A DNA stretch of 64,000 bases from Candidatus Hermodarchaeota archaeon. GTDB lineage: Archaea; Asgardarchaeota; Hermodarchaeia; Hermodarchaeales; Hermodarchaeaceae. Below are positions 1 to 10,620 of this stretch, one piece after another. The stretch lies in assembly GCA_016839805.1 (NCBI GenBank), contig JAEOTO010000033.1:14242-78241 (forward strand), written 5' to 3'. The notes under the pieces were generated by a model, which was not told where the DNA came from, searched no databases, and saw nothing but the letters and a program-made list of their open reading frames with translations. Position 1 is the stretch's first letter. The number at the start of each line of letters is the position of its first letter. A program made the translations under genes and the position numbers.

Positions 1-1200
1 GATCCTCAAGCATTCCGGCAATTGGGTCGAGATGGGTTCAAGGATATTCGGGATAAACCCAGTTATGATGAATGGATGTCTCAGGGTACTATGCTCATCC
101 ATGCCTGGTGTCAAGAATTCAGCGTACTACCCAGTTATAATTTCCGTGAGGGTCAGTTTGAGCATGCAGAAGCCCTGAGTGGTGACACAATGGAGAAAAT
201 GAAGGAAAAGACGCGGGGTTGTCCTTCATGCACAATGCAGTGTGGTCATTGCATTAAAGATTCAGAAGGGAAATCTGCTGAGCTAGATTATGAAAATGTA
301 TCACTTCTTGGATCCAATATTGGTATGCGAGATCTTCGGGAAGTCGCTACTCTTAACCGCCTCGCAGATGAGTATGGATTAGACACTATATCACTGGGTA
401 ATACGATAGGTTTTGCAATGGAAGCATCTGAAAAGGGGATTTTAGATGAGAAACTGGACTGGGGTGATTTCCATGCCACAAGTCAACTCATCACCGATAT
501 TGCCTTTCGAAAAGGTAGTCTTGGATCTGACTTGGCAGAAGGCACTCAGCATTTAGCCAAAAAGTTAGGAAAAAGTGCCCTTGATTTTGCGATGCAAATT
601 AAAGGATTAGAAATTTCGGGATATGATTGTCATGCTGCACCGGGAATGGCTCTTGCCTTTGGTGTTTGCTCGATTGGGGCGCATCATAAGGAAAGCTGGG
701 TAATCACCCACGAAGTTGATGTGGGTCGAGATACCTATGATGAAGGCAAAGTCGATAAAATCATTGAGTTGCAACGAATTCGCGGTGGGATGTTTGAGCA
801 GCTAGTTGGTTGTCGCTTCCCATGGATTGAACTTGGCTTTAACCTGGAATGGTATCCTAAATACTTCAATGCAGCAACAGGATTGAAATGGACTCTAAAC
901 GACTTTTGGAACCTAGCTGATCGCGTGTATTCTTTGATTCGGTCTTATTGGGTTCGTGAATTTAATGGCGAATGGGACCGAACCATGGACTATCCACCTC
1001 AACGCTGGTTTAAAGATCCTCTCTCAGTAGGTCCTTTAGCTGGAGCGAAGCTTGACAAAGAGGGTTATGACAAAATGCTATCATGGTATTACAAGAAACG
1101 GGGCTGGGATGAGCGGGGTATTCCAACCAAGACTCAACTCAAGGAACAGCAATTGGAGTGGGTTATCCCTGAGCTAGCACGAGTCACAGACCTTACGTGA
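1..1200 (+). CDS. aor: Tungsten-dependent aldehyde:ferredoxin oxidoreductase, C-terminal part (5' end lies outside the window)
   Basis: CPSCTMQCG Fe-S motif, EYE-like LDYEN, GLDTISLG and YYKKRGWDERGIP; frame is open from base 1. Confidence 0.92.
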   Translation, partial: DPQAFRQLGRDGFKDIRDKPSYDEWMSQGTMLIHAWCQEFSVLPSYNFREGQFEHAEALSGDTMEKMKEKTRGCPSCTMQCGHCIKDSEGKSAELDYENVSLLGSNIGMRDLREVATLNRLADEYGLDTISLGNTIGFAMEASEKGILDEKLDWGDFHATSQLITDIAFRKGSLGSDLAEGTQHLAKKLGKSALDFAMQIKGLEISGYDCHAAPGMALAFGVCSIGAHHKESWVITHEVDVGRDTYDEGKVDKIIELQRIRGGMFEQLVGCRFPWIELGFNLEWYPKYFNAATGLKWTLNDFWNLADRVYSLIRSYWVREFNGEWDRTMDYPPQRWFKDPLSVGPLAGAKLDKEGYDKMLSWYYKKRGWDERGIPTKTQLKEQQLEWVIPELARVTDLT

Positions 1201-1238
1201 CCTAAAAAAGAAGTAAAAACAAATTTTCTTAGACATAA

Positions 1239-1787
1239 TTACTCAGCAAAGTGGATTCGAAATTCACACGCTGGATCGCCTTGGATGCGACTTGCTGTTT
1301 GTGTAACTCGGGCAGTGTACGGCAGGCTGAGATTATCAATCCAGCTTTGTAGAAGGCCTTCAAGCATTCCTGAAACAACTTCACAGTATCTTAGGTCAAG
1401 AGTAGCCTCGAAGCTGTCCTGTTGGCAGATTGGACAGGATTCCGAGCGAAGTAGAAGAGTGCGATCATCCGTGAATTCAAGGGAGTCAGGTATTGTTCCA
1501 GTTGCTAATTCCCAGTTCTTTGACAAGAACTCGTCTACGCGGTTGAGGAAGAGGTCAGGAGAATTGGGAAAGTAGTTATCTGGGGGTTTTCCGTAACGAC
1601 TGACGAGTCCCAAGAGGAGTTGTGTTGCCATGGATTTTCCTAATGCATGGAGGGCGCGTTCGATGGCTGTTGGATTACCTTGGTACTCCACTGAGAGCGA
1701 TTCCACTAATCGGAGATAGAAAATGGGTAGCAATGGTCCAGAGAATAGGGGTAATTTATCAGTGGGTGCAGGATTTTTGGAAGCCAT
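1239..1787 (-). CDS. V4R-domain (TRAPP Bet3-like fold) protein
   Basis: ALHALGKSMA helix, CPIC, YCEVVSGMLEG and C-terminal GDPACEFRI pattern. Confidence 0.75.
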   Translation of the reverse strand: MASKNPAPTDKLPLFSGPLLPIFYLRLVESLSVEYQGNPTAIERALHALGKSMATQLLLGLVSRYGKPPDNYFPNSPDLFLNRVDEFLSKNWELATGTIPDSLEFTDDRTLLLRSESCPICQQDSFEATLDLRYCEVVSGMLEGLLQSWIDNLSLPYTARVTQTASRIQGDPACEFRIHFAE

Positions 1788-1829
1788 CTTGTGTGTACCT
1801 CGACTTTTGCTTATGAAAAGCTATGCCTT

Positions 1830-3065
1830 TTACTCTTCGTTTGACTTAGTCTCTTCAGTAGATTTAGATTTGGATACCGTTTCTTTTACAGCAGATTTGA
1901 CTCGCGCAGCCCGTGAGGCTTTTGCGGGTGCTCGCTCACGGAGCTGACGTTCGGCTTCAGCAAGTGGTCCTGTAGGAATTGTGGTAGGTAAGGTGGGTGC
2001 CTGTCCAGTTAATTGGGCGATTTCAACCGATTTCTCTGCCCACAGAACTTGGGCTGGGTGGACGCCTGCTACACGCCAGTAAAAGAATCGATCCCAGAGC
2101 TTTTCTTCAATAGAAAGAACTCCTGCGGATAATGAAACAAGATTCAATCCTAAACGCTCAAATGCTGTAGCTACGACCTTACGGACTTCATCGCGGATTT
2201 CTGCTTCATCACGTAACGCACTCATGAATTCATGTTCTGAAAATTTGTCACGCATGACATTATCAATGAGTGTTTTGAGGTATTCAATGAGTTCCTGCGA
2301 GTTCATGGGAATTCGTTGGTCATGTAGCGTCGTGATGAGTTTACGGGAATCTTCGACAACAAAGGCAAAGAGTAGCCCATACGGCTCTTGCAGTCGTACA
2401 GATCGTTTAAAGTTAGTTTTGCCATCGGCGGTTTGCGTAGGAATGTCATATTCTTCACGGCGCCAAGACTTTCCAGTCCAGGTTAACCGAGCTAGATCTG
2501 ATGTTTGGGTGACCCCAGTATTAGCATAGACATGGACCCGACCAGTATAAATGAAAACAACATTTGTTTTAAAACCTTGACCTCGCCAACCGGTTTTAAT
2601 TAACGGTGAAGGGAAGGTTTCAATACTGTATGGAGTTTCACTCGGTTCCCACACTTCATATACTTTGAATTCGCGGTTACCGTTGTTGAATTCCTCGCCA
2701 TAGGCACAACATAACCAATCTGGAGGAACGTATATTTTGGCATCTTTTTCGATAATTTCAATTTGCTCCATATCACGTTCCAAGTCGGGGGGATGATAGA
2801 TAAACTGGGGTAATCGTGCGTCTGATTCAGAAATTTCCGCGCCCGAAGGAAGTGTACGCGTTACTTTCTGACCCGTTGAGAATCCACCGAATGCAGCGAT
2901 TCGTGTTAAGCGGCGGATTGATCGAATTGCTTGGGCGCCTCGATCTTTATGTGGAGCTTGAATCATTTGCGTCCAATAATTTTGTCCACCCAGATCACCG
3001 ATCGGAATGCTTGGATGCGGTCCTAGTACTGGGTCCGGAGCCATTAAACAGATAGTTTTTGCCAC
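1830..3065 (-). CDS. SPFH/band-7-like (YdjI-type) protein with low-complexity basic tail
   Basis: VRLQEPYG...VEDSRKLI and IRDEVRKVVATAFERLGLNLVSLS resemble the SPFH core; no TM segment seen. Confidence 0.55.
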   Translation of the reverse strand: MAKTICLMAPDPVLGPHPSIPIGDLGGQNYWTQMIQAPHKDRGAQAIRSIRRLTRIAAFGGFSTGQKVTRTLPSGAEISESDARLPQFIYHPPDLERDMEQIEIIEKDAKIYVPPDWLCCAYGEEFNNGNREFKVYEVWEPSETPYSIETFPSPLIKTGWRGQGFKTNVVFIYTGRVHVYANTGVTQTSDLARLTWTGKSWRREEYDIPTQTADGKTNFKRSVRLQEPYGLLFAFVVEDSRKLITTLHDQRIPMNSQELIEYLKTLIDNVMRDKFSEHEFMSALRDEAEIRDEVRKVVATAFERLGLNLVSLSAGVLSIEEKLWDRFFYWRVAGVHPAQVLWAEKSVEIAQLTGQAPTLPTTIPTGPLAEAERQLRERAPAKASRAARVKSAVKETVSKSKSTEETKSNEE

Positions 3066-3127
3066 ATGAAAGCCTCCTTCTTATAACAGCGATTGATTCC
3101 AACCTCAAATAACTTCTGGTATTGAGT

Positions 3128-3976
3128 TTAGAAACCGGTTATTTCATATCGGTCTCCTAGTTTTTCTTTTTTAGCTTCCTCCTCACTTCGCCATTCTTCG
3201 ATGTACTGTTGAATTTTTTGTTGCAGAACTTCGTTGCTTGATTGAGCTATCCAGTCGAGGTTAATATGGACATGGTCACCTCGAAGTGCGAGTGTTCGAG
3301 CCACTGAGTCAAAGTAGCCGCCTTGTCCTTTCTTCCCTAGAAACCTGATGAAAGTATTGAAGGTACCTTGTTTCTTATTTTGATAGCTTTCAAGCATACT
3401 TTCGGGGACAATTGACATTTGTTTATTGATGAGTTTACCTACTAATTCATAGATGGCTGTTTCGACCGTAGCTTTATGCTTCACTCCACTTTCTAGAAGT
3501 GTATAGAAGTCAATAAGTCCTGTGAAACATTGTTTGAAGAAATCATGGCTTGTTCGCTGGAAATCAAGAACTTCACCAGTGGCTTTTATGTACACAACAT
3601 CCTGCACAGCATCTGATCGCTCAACAACCAGATTCATGTGTTTTTTCCATTTCGTGAAACTTTGAGGATGCTCTTGAAGTTCAGGGAGATATACTAGAGG
3701 GACATTGATGATGATCCTACTGAGTTTAAGGGCTTTTTCAAGATCACCACGATAAGGTTCCGTAGGGGGTAATCCTTCCATTTCAGCTACGAAGCATGCG
3801 CGATAGCTAGTTAAAATGAAATGTCCGTTTTGACCCCGAACCATGAGAGGTTGAGTACCAGAACGGACTCCTTTAGCAATCTTTCCCTTTGCCACAAGAA
3901 GGAGTGTTTCTTCTTCGCGTGGTAAAATACTTTTGACGAGTTTCAGTTTCTCTGTTGGTTCCAGTTCCCACGTCAT
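3128..3976 (-). CDS. Hypothetical protein, N-terminal PH-like (GRAM/GLUE/bPH-type) domain suspected
   Basis: EETLLLVAKG...NGHFILTSYRACFVAE matches the G-x-h-h-LT-x-x-R-h-h-F PH-like signature; 282-aa ORF co-oriented with its neighbours. Confidence 0.5.
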   Translation of the reverse strand: MTWELEPTEKLKLVKSILPREEETLLLVAKGKIAKGVRSGTQPLMVRGQNGHFILTSYRACFVAEMEGLPPTEPYRGDLEKALKLSRIIINVPLVYLPELQEHPQSFTKWKKHMNLVVERSDAVQDVVYIKATGEVLDFQRTSHDFFKQCFTGLIDFYTLLESGVKHKATVETAIYELVGKLINKQMSIVPESMLESYQNKKQGTFNTFIRFLGKKGQGGYFDSVARTLALRGDHVHINLDWIAQSSNEVLQQKIQQYIEEWRSEEEAKKEKLGDRYEITGF

Positions 3977-4035
3977 GGCAGTTGACCAGCCTTTGTATGG
4001 TTGATTTTTCTACAATATGCTGATTGGATATTAGA

Positions 4036-6195
4036 CTATTGTCCAATGAATCGAGAAGCGAAAAGGTCAAATTGACTTAGAATTTCATTTGTAATACTGG
4101 GTTTTGTATTAGTTAATGCAGTTTTGAAATGAGTCATGGTTACTTGTGATGCTTCCAGATTTTGGCGAATCGCGGCTAAGACCGCTTTGCGGCATACATT
4201 TTCGATATCCGCACCTGAATATCCACTAGTTTCTGAAGCGAGTTGATCTAAGTTCACATCCTTAGCAATCGGCATGCGACGAGTATGAACCGTAAATATT
4301 GCGCGTCGAGCTTCTTCATCAGGTGGCGGGGTATAGATGAACATGTCAAATCGCCCTGGACGAAGTAGAGCGGTATCAATGATATCAGGACGATTGGTTG
4401 CTGCTAAAACGACTACACCTTGAAGTTTTTCCATCCCATCTAATTCAACGAGTAATTGATTGACAACCCGTTCACTAACACGGCTATCGAATCCAGAGCC
4501 CCGACGAGGAGCAAGATTATCCAATTCATCGATAAAAAGTACAGCAGGAGCTGCTTGTCGAGCGCGTCGAAAGATTTCAGCGATAATCTTCTCGGATTCA
4601 CCCACCCATTTGCTCATGACTTCTGCGCCGCGTATAGAAATGAAATTCGCTTGACTTTCTGTAGCTACTGCTTTGGCAAGAAGGGTTTTCCCGGTTCCCG
4701 GAGGTCCAAATAAGAGTACACCTTTTGGTGGATTGACATTGAACCGCGAGAAAATATCAGGTCGGCTTATGGGCAGCTCCACGGCCTCTCGAATCGCTTG
4801 TTTTGCGGTTTCCATTCCACCAACATCATCCCAGTGGACCATTGGAATTTCAATAGCGATTTCACGGAGTGCCGAAGGTTCGACGACTTGACGTGCTGTT
4901 CTAAAATCTTCAGAGGTTACCACAATTTGATTCATGACTTCAGGAGATACTTGCATTTGTTGTTCTTCGATTCGTGGGAGTACGCGACGTAAGGCCCCAA
5001 GAGCCGCTTCTTTTACGAGGAAAGCTAAATCAGAGCCAACAAATCCATGTGTTCCTTGAGCAAGTTGCTGTAAATCTACTGATGAATCCATGGGTACCCC
5101 ACGAGTGTGCACTTGTAATATTTCTAGCCGTCCGCGAGTATCTGGAACGCGAATGTGAATCTCACGATCAAAACGTCCAGGTCGGCGAAGAGCGGGATCG
5201 AGGGCTTCAAGTCGATTGGTCGCAGCAAGAATATAGACCTGATCGCGATCTTTGAGTCCGTCCATTAATGTAAGCAGTTGAGCGACAATTCGACTCTCCA
5301 TTCCACCAGATTCACGGCGTGATGCGATAGCATCAATCTCATCGATGAATATAATTGCAGGTTTGTTTTTTTCTGCTTCATCGAAGACTTCGCGCAGGAA
5401 TTTTTCGGATTCGCCATAATATTGGCTTACAATTTCGGGACCGTTGATTACTCGGAAGTAGGCTTCGCTTTCTGTAGCCACAGTTTTGGCGAGAAGGGTT
5501 TTTCCGCAGCCGGGTGGTCCATGTAGAAGAATTCCTTTAGGTGGTTCGATTTTAAGCCTGGTAAAGAGTTCAGGATGGCGTATCGGGAGTTCTACGATTT
5601 CGCGAATTCGATGAATCGCATCATCTAATCCACCGACATCGTCATATGTCACTGTAGCTACTGCTTGTATTTCCTCGGGCGCTTCTTTCAGCAATTGAAT
5701 TTCTGTATTCGCCGTTATGGTGACCGTTCCCGCAGGAACGGTTTTTGCTACATAGAATTTGGCTTCACCTAATGCAAAAGCTGCTTTTCCTACGGCAATA
5801 ACTATATCCTTTTTGATAGGTTTGTTGAGTAGGTTGGTTTTCAAGAGCGATGCTGCCAATTCTTGGCGATAATGAATCTCCTCACCCTTCAGCGGAGTTA
5901 ATACAATGCTTCTAGCGGGTTGTGTTTCAGTTCCATGGAGAGTCACCAAATCTCCGATGCGCACACCAGCGTTAAGCCTGGTGAGACCATCCATTTTGAT
6001 TACTGAACGATTGTGAAGTTTTTGGTCTCTGTAAGCCATGGCGCATATGCTTTTCTTTCCTACTATCTCAACTACAGAGCCATCTGGTAGCTGAAGTTGG
6101 TCTAAGAAAATAGGGTCAAGACGAACTGTGAAGCGTCCCACATCGACTGCACTGGCTTCAACAACCCGTAACGATGTCACAGACACTCTGGCCAC
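4036..6195 (-). CDS. cdc48: Cdc48/p97/VAT family AAA+ ATPase
   Basis: N-domain plus two AAA modules (GPPGCGKT, GPPGTGKT, IFIDEID/LFIDELD, RPGRFD). Confidence 0.96.
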   Translation of the reverse strand: MARVSVTSLRVVEASAVDVGRFTVRLDPIFLDQLQLPDGSVVEIVGKKSICAMAYRDQKLHNRSVIKMDGLTRLNAGVRIGDLVTLHGTETQPARSIVLTPLKGEEIHYRQELAASLLKTNLLNKPIKKDIVIAVGKAAFALGEAKFYVAKTVPAGTVTITANTEIQLLKEAPEEIQAVATVTYDDVGGLDDAIHRIREIVELPIRHPELFTRLKIEPPKGILLHGPPGCGKTLLAKTVATESEAYFRVINGPEIVSQYYGESEKFLREVFDEAEKNKPAIIFIDEIDAIASRRESGGMESRIVAQLLTLMDGLKDRDQVYILAATNRLEALDPALRRPGRFDREIHIRVPDTRGRLEILQVHTRGVPMDSSVDLQQLAQGTHGFVGSDLAFLVKEAALGALRRVLPRIEEQQMQVSPEVMNQIVVTSEDFRTARQVVEPSALREIAIEIPMVHWDDVGGMETAKQAIREAVELPISRPDIFSRFNVNPPKGVLLFGPPGTGKTLLAKAVATESQANFISIRGAEVMSKWVGESEKIIAEIFRRARQAAPAVLFIDELDNLAPRRGSGFDSRVSERVVNQLLVELDGMEKLQGVVVLAATNRPDIIDTALLRPGRFDMFIYTPPPDEEARRAIFTVHTRRMPIAKDVNLDQLASETSGYSGADIENVCRKAVLAAIRQNLEASQVTMTHFKTALTNTKPSITNEILSQFDLFASRFIGQ

Positions 6196-6284
6196 ACACC
6201 ATTTTCACTACTTGGTATGAAAGGACTTAGTATACCCCTCGCGAGCAGCATATTTAACTCCGGCGCCTGATAGGAGATTACAAG

Positions 6285-7157
6285 TTGAGAGTTATGTCTA
6301 CCCCAAAGCCAATTGAGGTTCTTTTTGATACAGGTCATAACGATGAAGTAGCTCCAGACGAACCAGAACTTTCCCTGTTAGGAGAACTGCTCAAAAAAAA
6401 TGCAATTAATTTTAACTTTACTAAGAACCCCCTTACCCCCGATTTATTTGAGAATTGTCACGTTTTGGTGCTTGGGAATCCTCTTGACGCAGCATTTACT
6501 TCAGATGAAATTTCAGCCATCGTTTCTTTTGTTGAATCGGGAGGAGGACTGTTATTGATTAGTGGAGCGACGATATTTGGAAAAGGCGGTGATTCGGCTC
6601 GTAGCACTAATCTTAACACAATAACAAAGGAATTCGACTTTGAATTTTCAGATAAGGCAATCGCCATTTCGGAGGAACAAATCACAGCCATACCAAGTGC
6701 GCAACATCCTGTCGTTAAAGGTATTCGTCAACTTGAGTTTACCACTGGAACAAGTATCAAACCAGGTGATACTAGCACTCATCTTTTTCGGGCAACAAAT
6801 ATTCCAGGTAGCCCGACAATAGTAATTGCTACAGAGAGTGGAAAGGGACGAATATTAGCAATCGGTGGTGCTACACCTTTCTTTAATGATCATATTCAGG
6901 CTAGCGATCATGACTCATTTATAATTCAAGCTCTTTATTGGCTAGCTGGAGTTTCACCCATTCCTTCAGTTACACGGTTAACGACTCCAAGTGAGGAAGT
7001 TGATGAAGTCCTAGCCCAGGAGGTAATTGATGACCTTCGGCAACAGCTTGAGCGCTTAGAACGAGAACTCAATGAGCTTAGAAATACAATCAATACTAGT
7101 TTGAAAGAAATGGAAAAAGTCATCCGAGAATTCCAACAAGATGAAGAGTCGACCTAG
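6285..7157 (+). CDS. GIFT (GldG/IFT52-like, DUF4350) domain protein with C-terminal coiled coil
   Basis: VLFDTGHN, VLVLGNP..AFTSDEISAIVSFVESGGGLLL and GKGRILAIG; heptad-rich C-terminus. Confidence 0.65.
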   Translation: MRVMSTPKPIEVLFDTGHNDEVAPDEPELSLLGELLKKNAINFNFTKNPLTPDLFENCHVLVLGNPLDAAFTSDEISAIVSFVESGGGLLLISGATIFGKGGDSARSTNLNTITKEFDFEFSDKAIAISEEQITAIPSAQHPVVKGIRQLEFTTGTSIKPGDTSTHLFRATNIPGSPTIVIATESGKGRILAIGGATPFFNDHIQASDHDSFIIQALYWLAGVSPIPSVTRLTTPSEEVDEVLAQEVIDDLRQQLERLERELNELRNTINTSLKEMEKVIREFQQDEEST

Positions 7158-7175
7158 TCGATATTTTCGAAGTTA

Positions 7176-7841
7176 CTATTTGGATGTATAAACAACTAGT
7201 TTTTCGATAGCTATTCGCCGCTCTAATTGGATTGCCCCAAGATTTTGTAAAGCCTGAAAATCTACAATAATTTGAAAAAGCGGTCGATTCAGTATGGCGG
7301 CTAGTTCTTCTATTGATCGATCATCATTAACAGCTTCTAGTAGTGGATGGAGTTTGGAAGGAACCTGGCTTTCGGTGACAGTATGAACACGAACTGGAAC
7401 ATACCGTTCAGTGACAGCAAATGGTCGAAAAAGATAATCAATTAACGGCTGAAATTCCCGGAATGGACTTAAATCACCTAACCAATCTTGTAAGAGTTCT
7501 CCTTTTTGAAGTTCAATTCTTTTAATAAGCATACGCATTCGCGTTCGAATGGCAGCGAGGTCATGGGTTGAAAATGCAGCAACGTAGATATTTTGCCCAT
7601 ATTCAATGAGAATCTTCACATCTTCTCGATCGATGACCCGTAACCGTCCATCTTCCCGCTCTAATGTTCGTAGTTGTTGACCTTCCTCTGAGATGCGCCC
7701 AACAAGATCAGATAAAAACATACTCACAGCTGATAGGAAACCGGTAACGAGATCAGGTTCCATATTTTCAATCTGGAAGTCTTTTTGCAATAAAGTCCGT
7801 CCATCCCGATAGACAACATACAGACTATACAGTTGGGCCAT
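7176..7841 (-). CDS. Longin-like domain plus C-terminal winged helix (NPRL2-like architecture)
   Basis: LYVVYRDGRTLL...DLVTGFLSAVSMF is typical of Asgard longin domains; C-terminal RSIEELAAILN...LQNLGAI looks like a wHTH; start set at MAQLY. Confidence 0.65.
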   Translation of the reverse strand: MAQLYSLYVVYRDGRTLLQKDFQIENMEPDLVTGFLSAVSMFLSDLVGRISEEGQQLRTLEREDGRLRVIDREDVKILIEYGQNIYVAAFSTHDLAAIRTRMRMLIKRIELQKGELLQDWLGDLSPFREFQPLIDYLFRPFAVTERYVPVRVHTVTESQVPSKLHPLLEAVNDDRSIEELAAILNRPLFQIIVDFQALQNLGAIQLERRIAIEKLVVYTSK

Positions 7842-7927
7842 ATCAAAGCACCAAGGTCTAATTCTCATTGATAGGTATGAAAAGAGATAAGCTTTACTAG
7901 AAAATAGTTAACGCAATAATAGCGCTA

Positions 7928-10504
7928 CTATGTTCGGGCTTGTGCGATTCGGTGGATTTCTCTGATGATTTCAGTGGGAGTTGTGAGTTCGTCTCCAATG
8001 TAAGTACGCCCTGAAGTGATATACGCCATATAAAATGCTAGAAATGGCACGAGTTTATCTTCTTTAATTCCAACCTCAATATAGTTGGCTTTATCAAGTT
8101 CATGGGCTCTTTTGTGAGCCCAATCTAAAATGACGTTATGATGGCGTTTGCCCTTAATTTTGAAGAACTCATGATGCAAATTAATTGTTATTAGCGGAAT
8201 ACGGTCACCTGCTAGGAGGAAACATTGGTGAAGCACGTCTGCGATGGCTTCCGGTAATCCCAAGTCAGGTGTGTCATTGCTGCTTAATTTGATATTCGGT
8301 AGGAAATCACTAAAGACGACGATCAGGGGAAGAGTACCAGGATTACGTCGTCGTTCGCGTTTAATGGTTTCACGAGCTCGTTTTAACCCGGCAGCAAGTG
8401 GGGTGTAACCAGAAAGTCGAAGGGTCATCAGTTTGGCCACTAAACGGGTCCAATTTGTGGTGGGAGTTTGCACTTCTGCAGCCCCCCAATCTTTCAATGC
8501 TATAAGTCCAACCCGATCTTTTGTACCCTCGAGACAGTTCTTAAAGGCAATCAGGGAGAGTTGGAGTTTTTCGAAATTTTTTACCATAGACACGCTTAGA
8601 TCGACAACGAAGATAATCGTGAGTGGCGTTCGACTACGAAAACGTTTTTCCCGAATATCACTTGCTCGAATCTTGACTCGGGGGGTTCGATTCGCTGCAG
8701 GATCTTGAAGAAGAGAAGCGGCCGTAATGGTTGCGGGAATATGAATATTCCGTGGCTTACCTGAAGGTAGTCTTGAACCTAATAGGACCCCTCCCTGAGC
8801 GGTTCTAGAATGTGCAGATCCAGCACGTCGCCCCACTTGTTGAATAGACCATTTCGGGGCTCGTTGTCGTCCGAAATAACGGGGTTCTAGTAAATCTTCA
8901 AGATGAAAGAGAGGTCTACCTTCCTCAAGTCGGATGAGTGAGGAGGCGGAAAAGGGTTTAGGGGACCTAGGTTGTTGTTGAATCGAGATTTTTGCAGATG
9001 ATGGGGTTGACGTGCCAATCGTTGGGGGGCTCGTAGATTCACCTCTATGTCTTGCACGATGATATTTTCCTCCCGGATCTGGTGGTCTATCTCCAGAGGC
9101 GAGAGAGGGCATCACGGAGTACGCACGTCTATAGCGCCGCATTATCCGTTCTAATAAGAGTACTAATCCTGCAGCAATAATGCCTCCAATTACGAAATTT
9201 ACGGGAAAGAGCGGGATTAGTAAACCAATTGCTAAGGCGATGACGATGTAGAAACATACAAATCCTAAATACGAGCATCGCCCTGGCGGACCTTTGCTAG
9301 GTGGGGTTCCAAAAAAACGCTGATCATCCTGATTGCTATCTAGCGGATAGTATTGACCAAATTTCCGAGTAAGCTTCTGGTGCTTCTCTTTATCAGAAGG
9401 GGATTTATCCTTCGATTGAGGGTCTTTCGTCTTAACTTTCTTTTTTGCTTCCTTCAAGGTGGAACTAATATCTGCACGAGTGGGAGGTTCTAAGATTCCA
9501 CGTTGTCGGGTTCGATGGCTAAGGGCTAGTGATGCAACTGTTTCAATGTCTTCAACTGTCACTTTCGTTCGACCATCAAAGGCTGCAAACGCCATGGCTG
9601 TCTTTGCGATTACTATATCTGGACGTGCACCATCTACTTGTAAACGTGAGGTAAGATTTGCGATAAGTTGCATCACGGCCTCAGGAATTACCACGTCTTT
9701 CATGCGTTCACGCGCTGCAGCGATTTCTTTGCTTAATTTCTCTTCTTTAGGGGCCCATTTTGCATTCATTGTTTTCGGATCACGTTCAAATGCAATATTC
9801 AACCGAATAATTTCGACACGTTCTTCTTCCGTAAAGGGGCGATGGATGGCAACATGGAGGGGAAATCGGTCTAGTAATTGGGGACGAAGTTCGCCTTCTT
9901 CTGGATTCATTGAACCAATGAAAATGAAACGGGCAGGATGACTTACTGAAATGCCTTCCCTTTCAACGACATTAACACCTGTGGCCGCAGCATCAAGAAG
10001 TGAATCAACGATGTGATCAGGAAGCAAATTCACTTCATCAACGTAAAGCAGATTCTGATTCGCATCAGCTAAAATCCCTGGTTTTAATGCAGCGACGCCA
10101 TCCCGAATAGCTCGTTCGACATCTAAACTACCAACGACCCGGTCCTCAGTAGCACTTAAGGGGAGATTTATCACGCGCATTTTACGTGTTTCAGTTTCGA
10201 GTTTCTCCTTCGCTTGAAGCTTCGTCAAGCAGGCCTCACAAAGGACAGAGTTATCATCAGTAGAGCAGCGGAATTGACAACCTTTTACGACTGGTATTTC
10301 AGGTAATAGAACTGCCAAGGAGCGAACAATCGTTGTTTTTCCTGTGCCTTTAGGTCCAGTGATGAGGAGACCTCCAATACGTGGATTGATGGCATTGAGT
10401 AGAAGAGCAAGTTTCAATTCATCATGATTGACAATAGCTGTGAAAGGAAGCGTTACCCGCGTTCCAGCCGTCTCATCTAGGACCAACGTGTGACCCTCAA
10501 CCAC
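7928..10504 (-). CDS. Mg/Co-chelatase ChlI/ChlD-like AAA+ ATPase with internal TM hairpin and C-terminal vWA domain
   Basis: [48 protein letters not shown]; vWA MIDAS DLSVS and TPL. Confidence 0.88.
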   Translation of the reverse strand: MVEGHTLVLDETAGTRVTLPFTAIVNHDELKLALLLNAINPRIGGLLITGPKGTGKTTIVRSLAVLLPEIPVVKGCQFRCSTDDNSVLCEACLTKLQAKEKLETETRKMRVINLPLSATEDRVVGSLDVERAIRDGVAALKPGILADANQNLLYVDEVNLLPDHIVDSLLDAAATGVNVVEREGISVSHPARFIFIGSMNPEEGELRPQLLDRFPLHVAIHRPFTEEERVEIIRLNIAFERDPKTMNAKWAPKEEKLSKEIAAARERMKDVVIPEAVMQLIANLTSRLQVDGARPDIVIAKTAMAFAAFDGRTKVTVEDIETVASLALSHRTRQRGILEPPTRADISSTLKEAKKKVKTKDPQSKDKSPSDKEKHQKLTRKFGQYYPLDSNQDDQRFFGTPPSKGPPGRCSYLGFVCFYIVIALAIGLLIPLFPVNFVIGGIIAAGLVLLLERIMRRYRRAYSVMPSLASGDRPPDPGGKYHRARHRGESTSPPTIGTSTPSSAKISIQQQPRSPKPFSASSLIRLEEGRPLFHLEDLLEPRYFGRQRAPKWSIQQVGRRAGSAHSRTAQGGVLLGSRLPSGKPRNIHIPATITAASLLQDPAANRTPRVKIRASDIREKRFRSRTPLTIIFVVDLSVSMVKNFEKLQLSLIAFKNCLEGTKDRVGLIALKDWGAAEVQTPTTNWTRLVAKLMTLRLSGYTPLAAGLKRARETIKRERRRNPGTLPLIVVFSDFLPNIKLSSNDTPDLGLPEAIADVLHQCFLLAGDRIPLITINLHHEFFKIKGKRHHNVILDWAHKRAHELDKANYIEVGIKEDKLVPFLAFYMAYITSGRTYIGDELTTPTEIIREIHRIAQART

Positions 10505-10620
10505 TCATGCCCTTCTGCCGCTTATAGAATTTTGGGAAGAAGCATCAGTAATTATCTTGTTGGATATGGAATGGAGGGTTCAAGCAAAAACTTTAGTTCA
10601 ACAGGCGCAGGGTGTAATCT

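Noticed and set aside
7928-10504. Evidence for chlorophyll synthesis from the ChlI/ChlD-like gene
   Set aside because: Such AAA-vWA proteins are widespread in non-phototrophic archaea, and no other bch/chl genes are present
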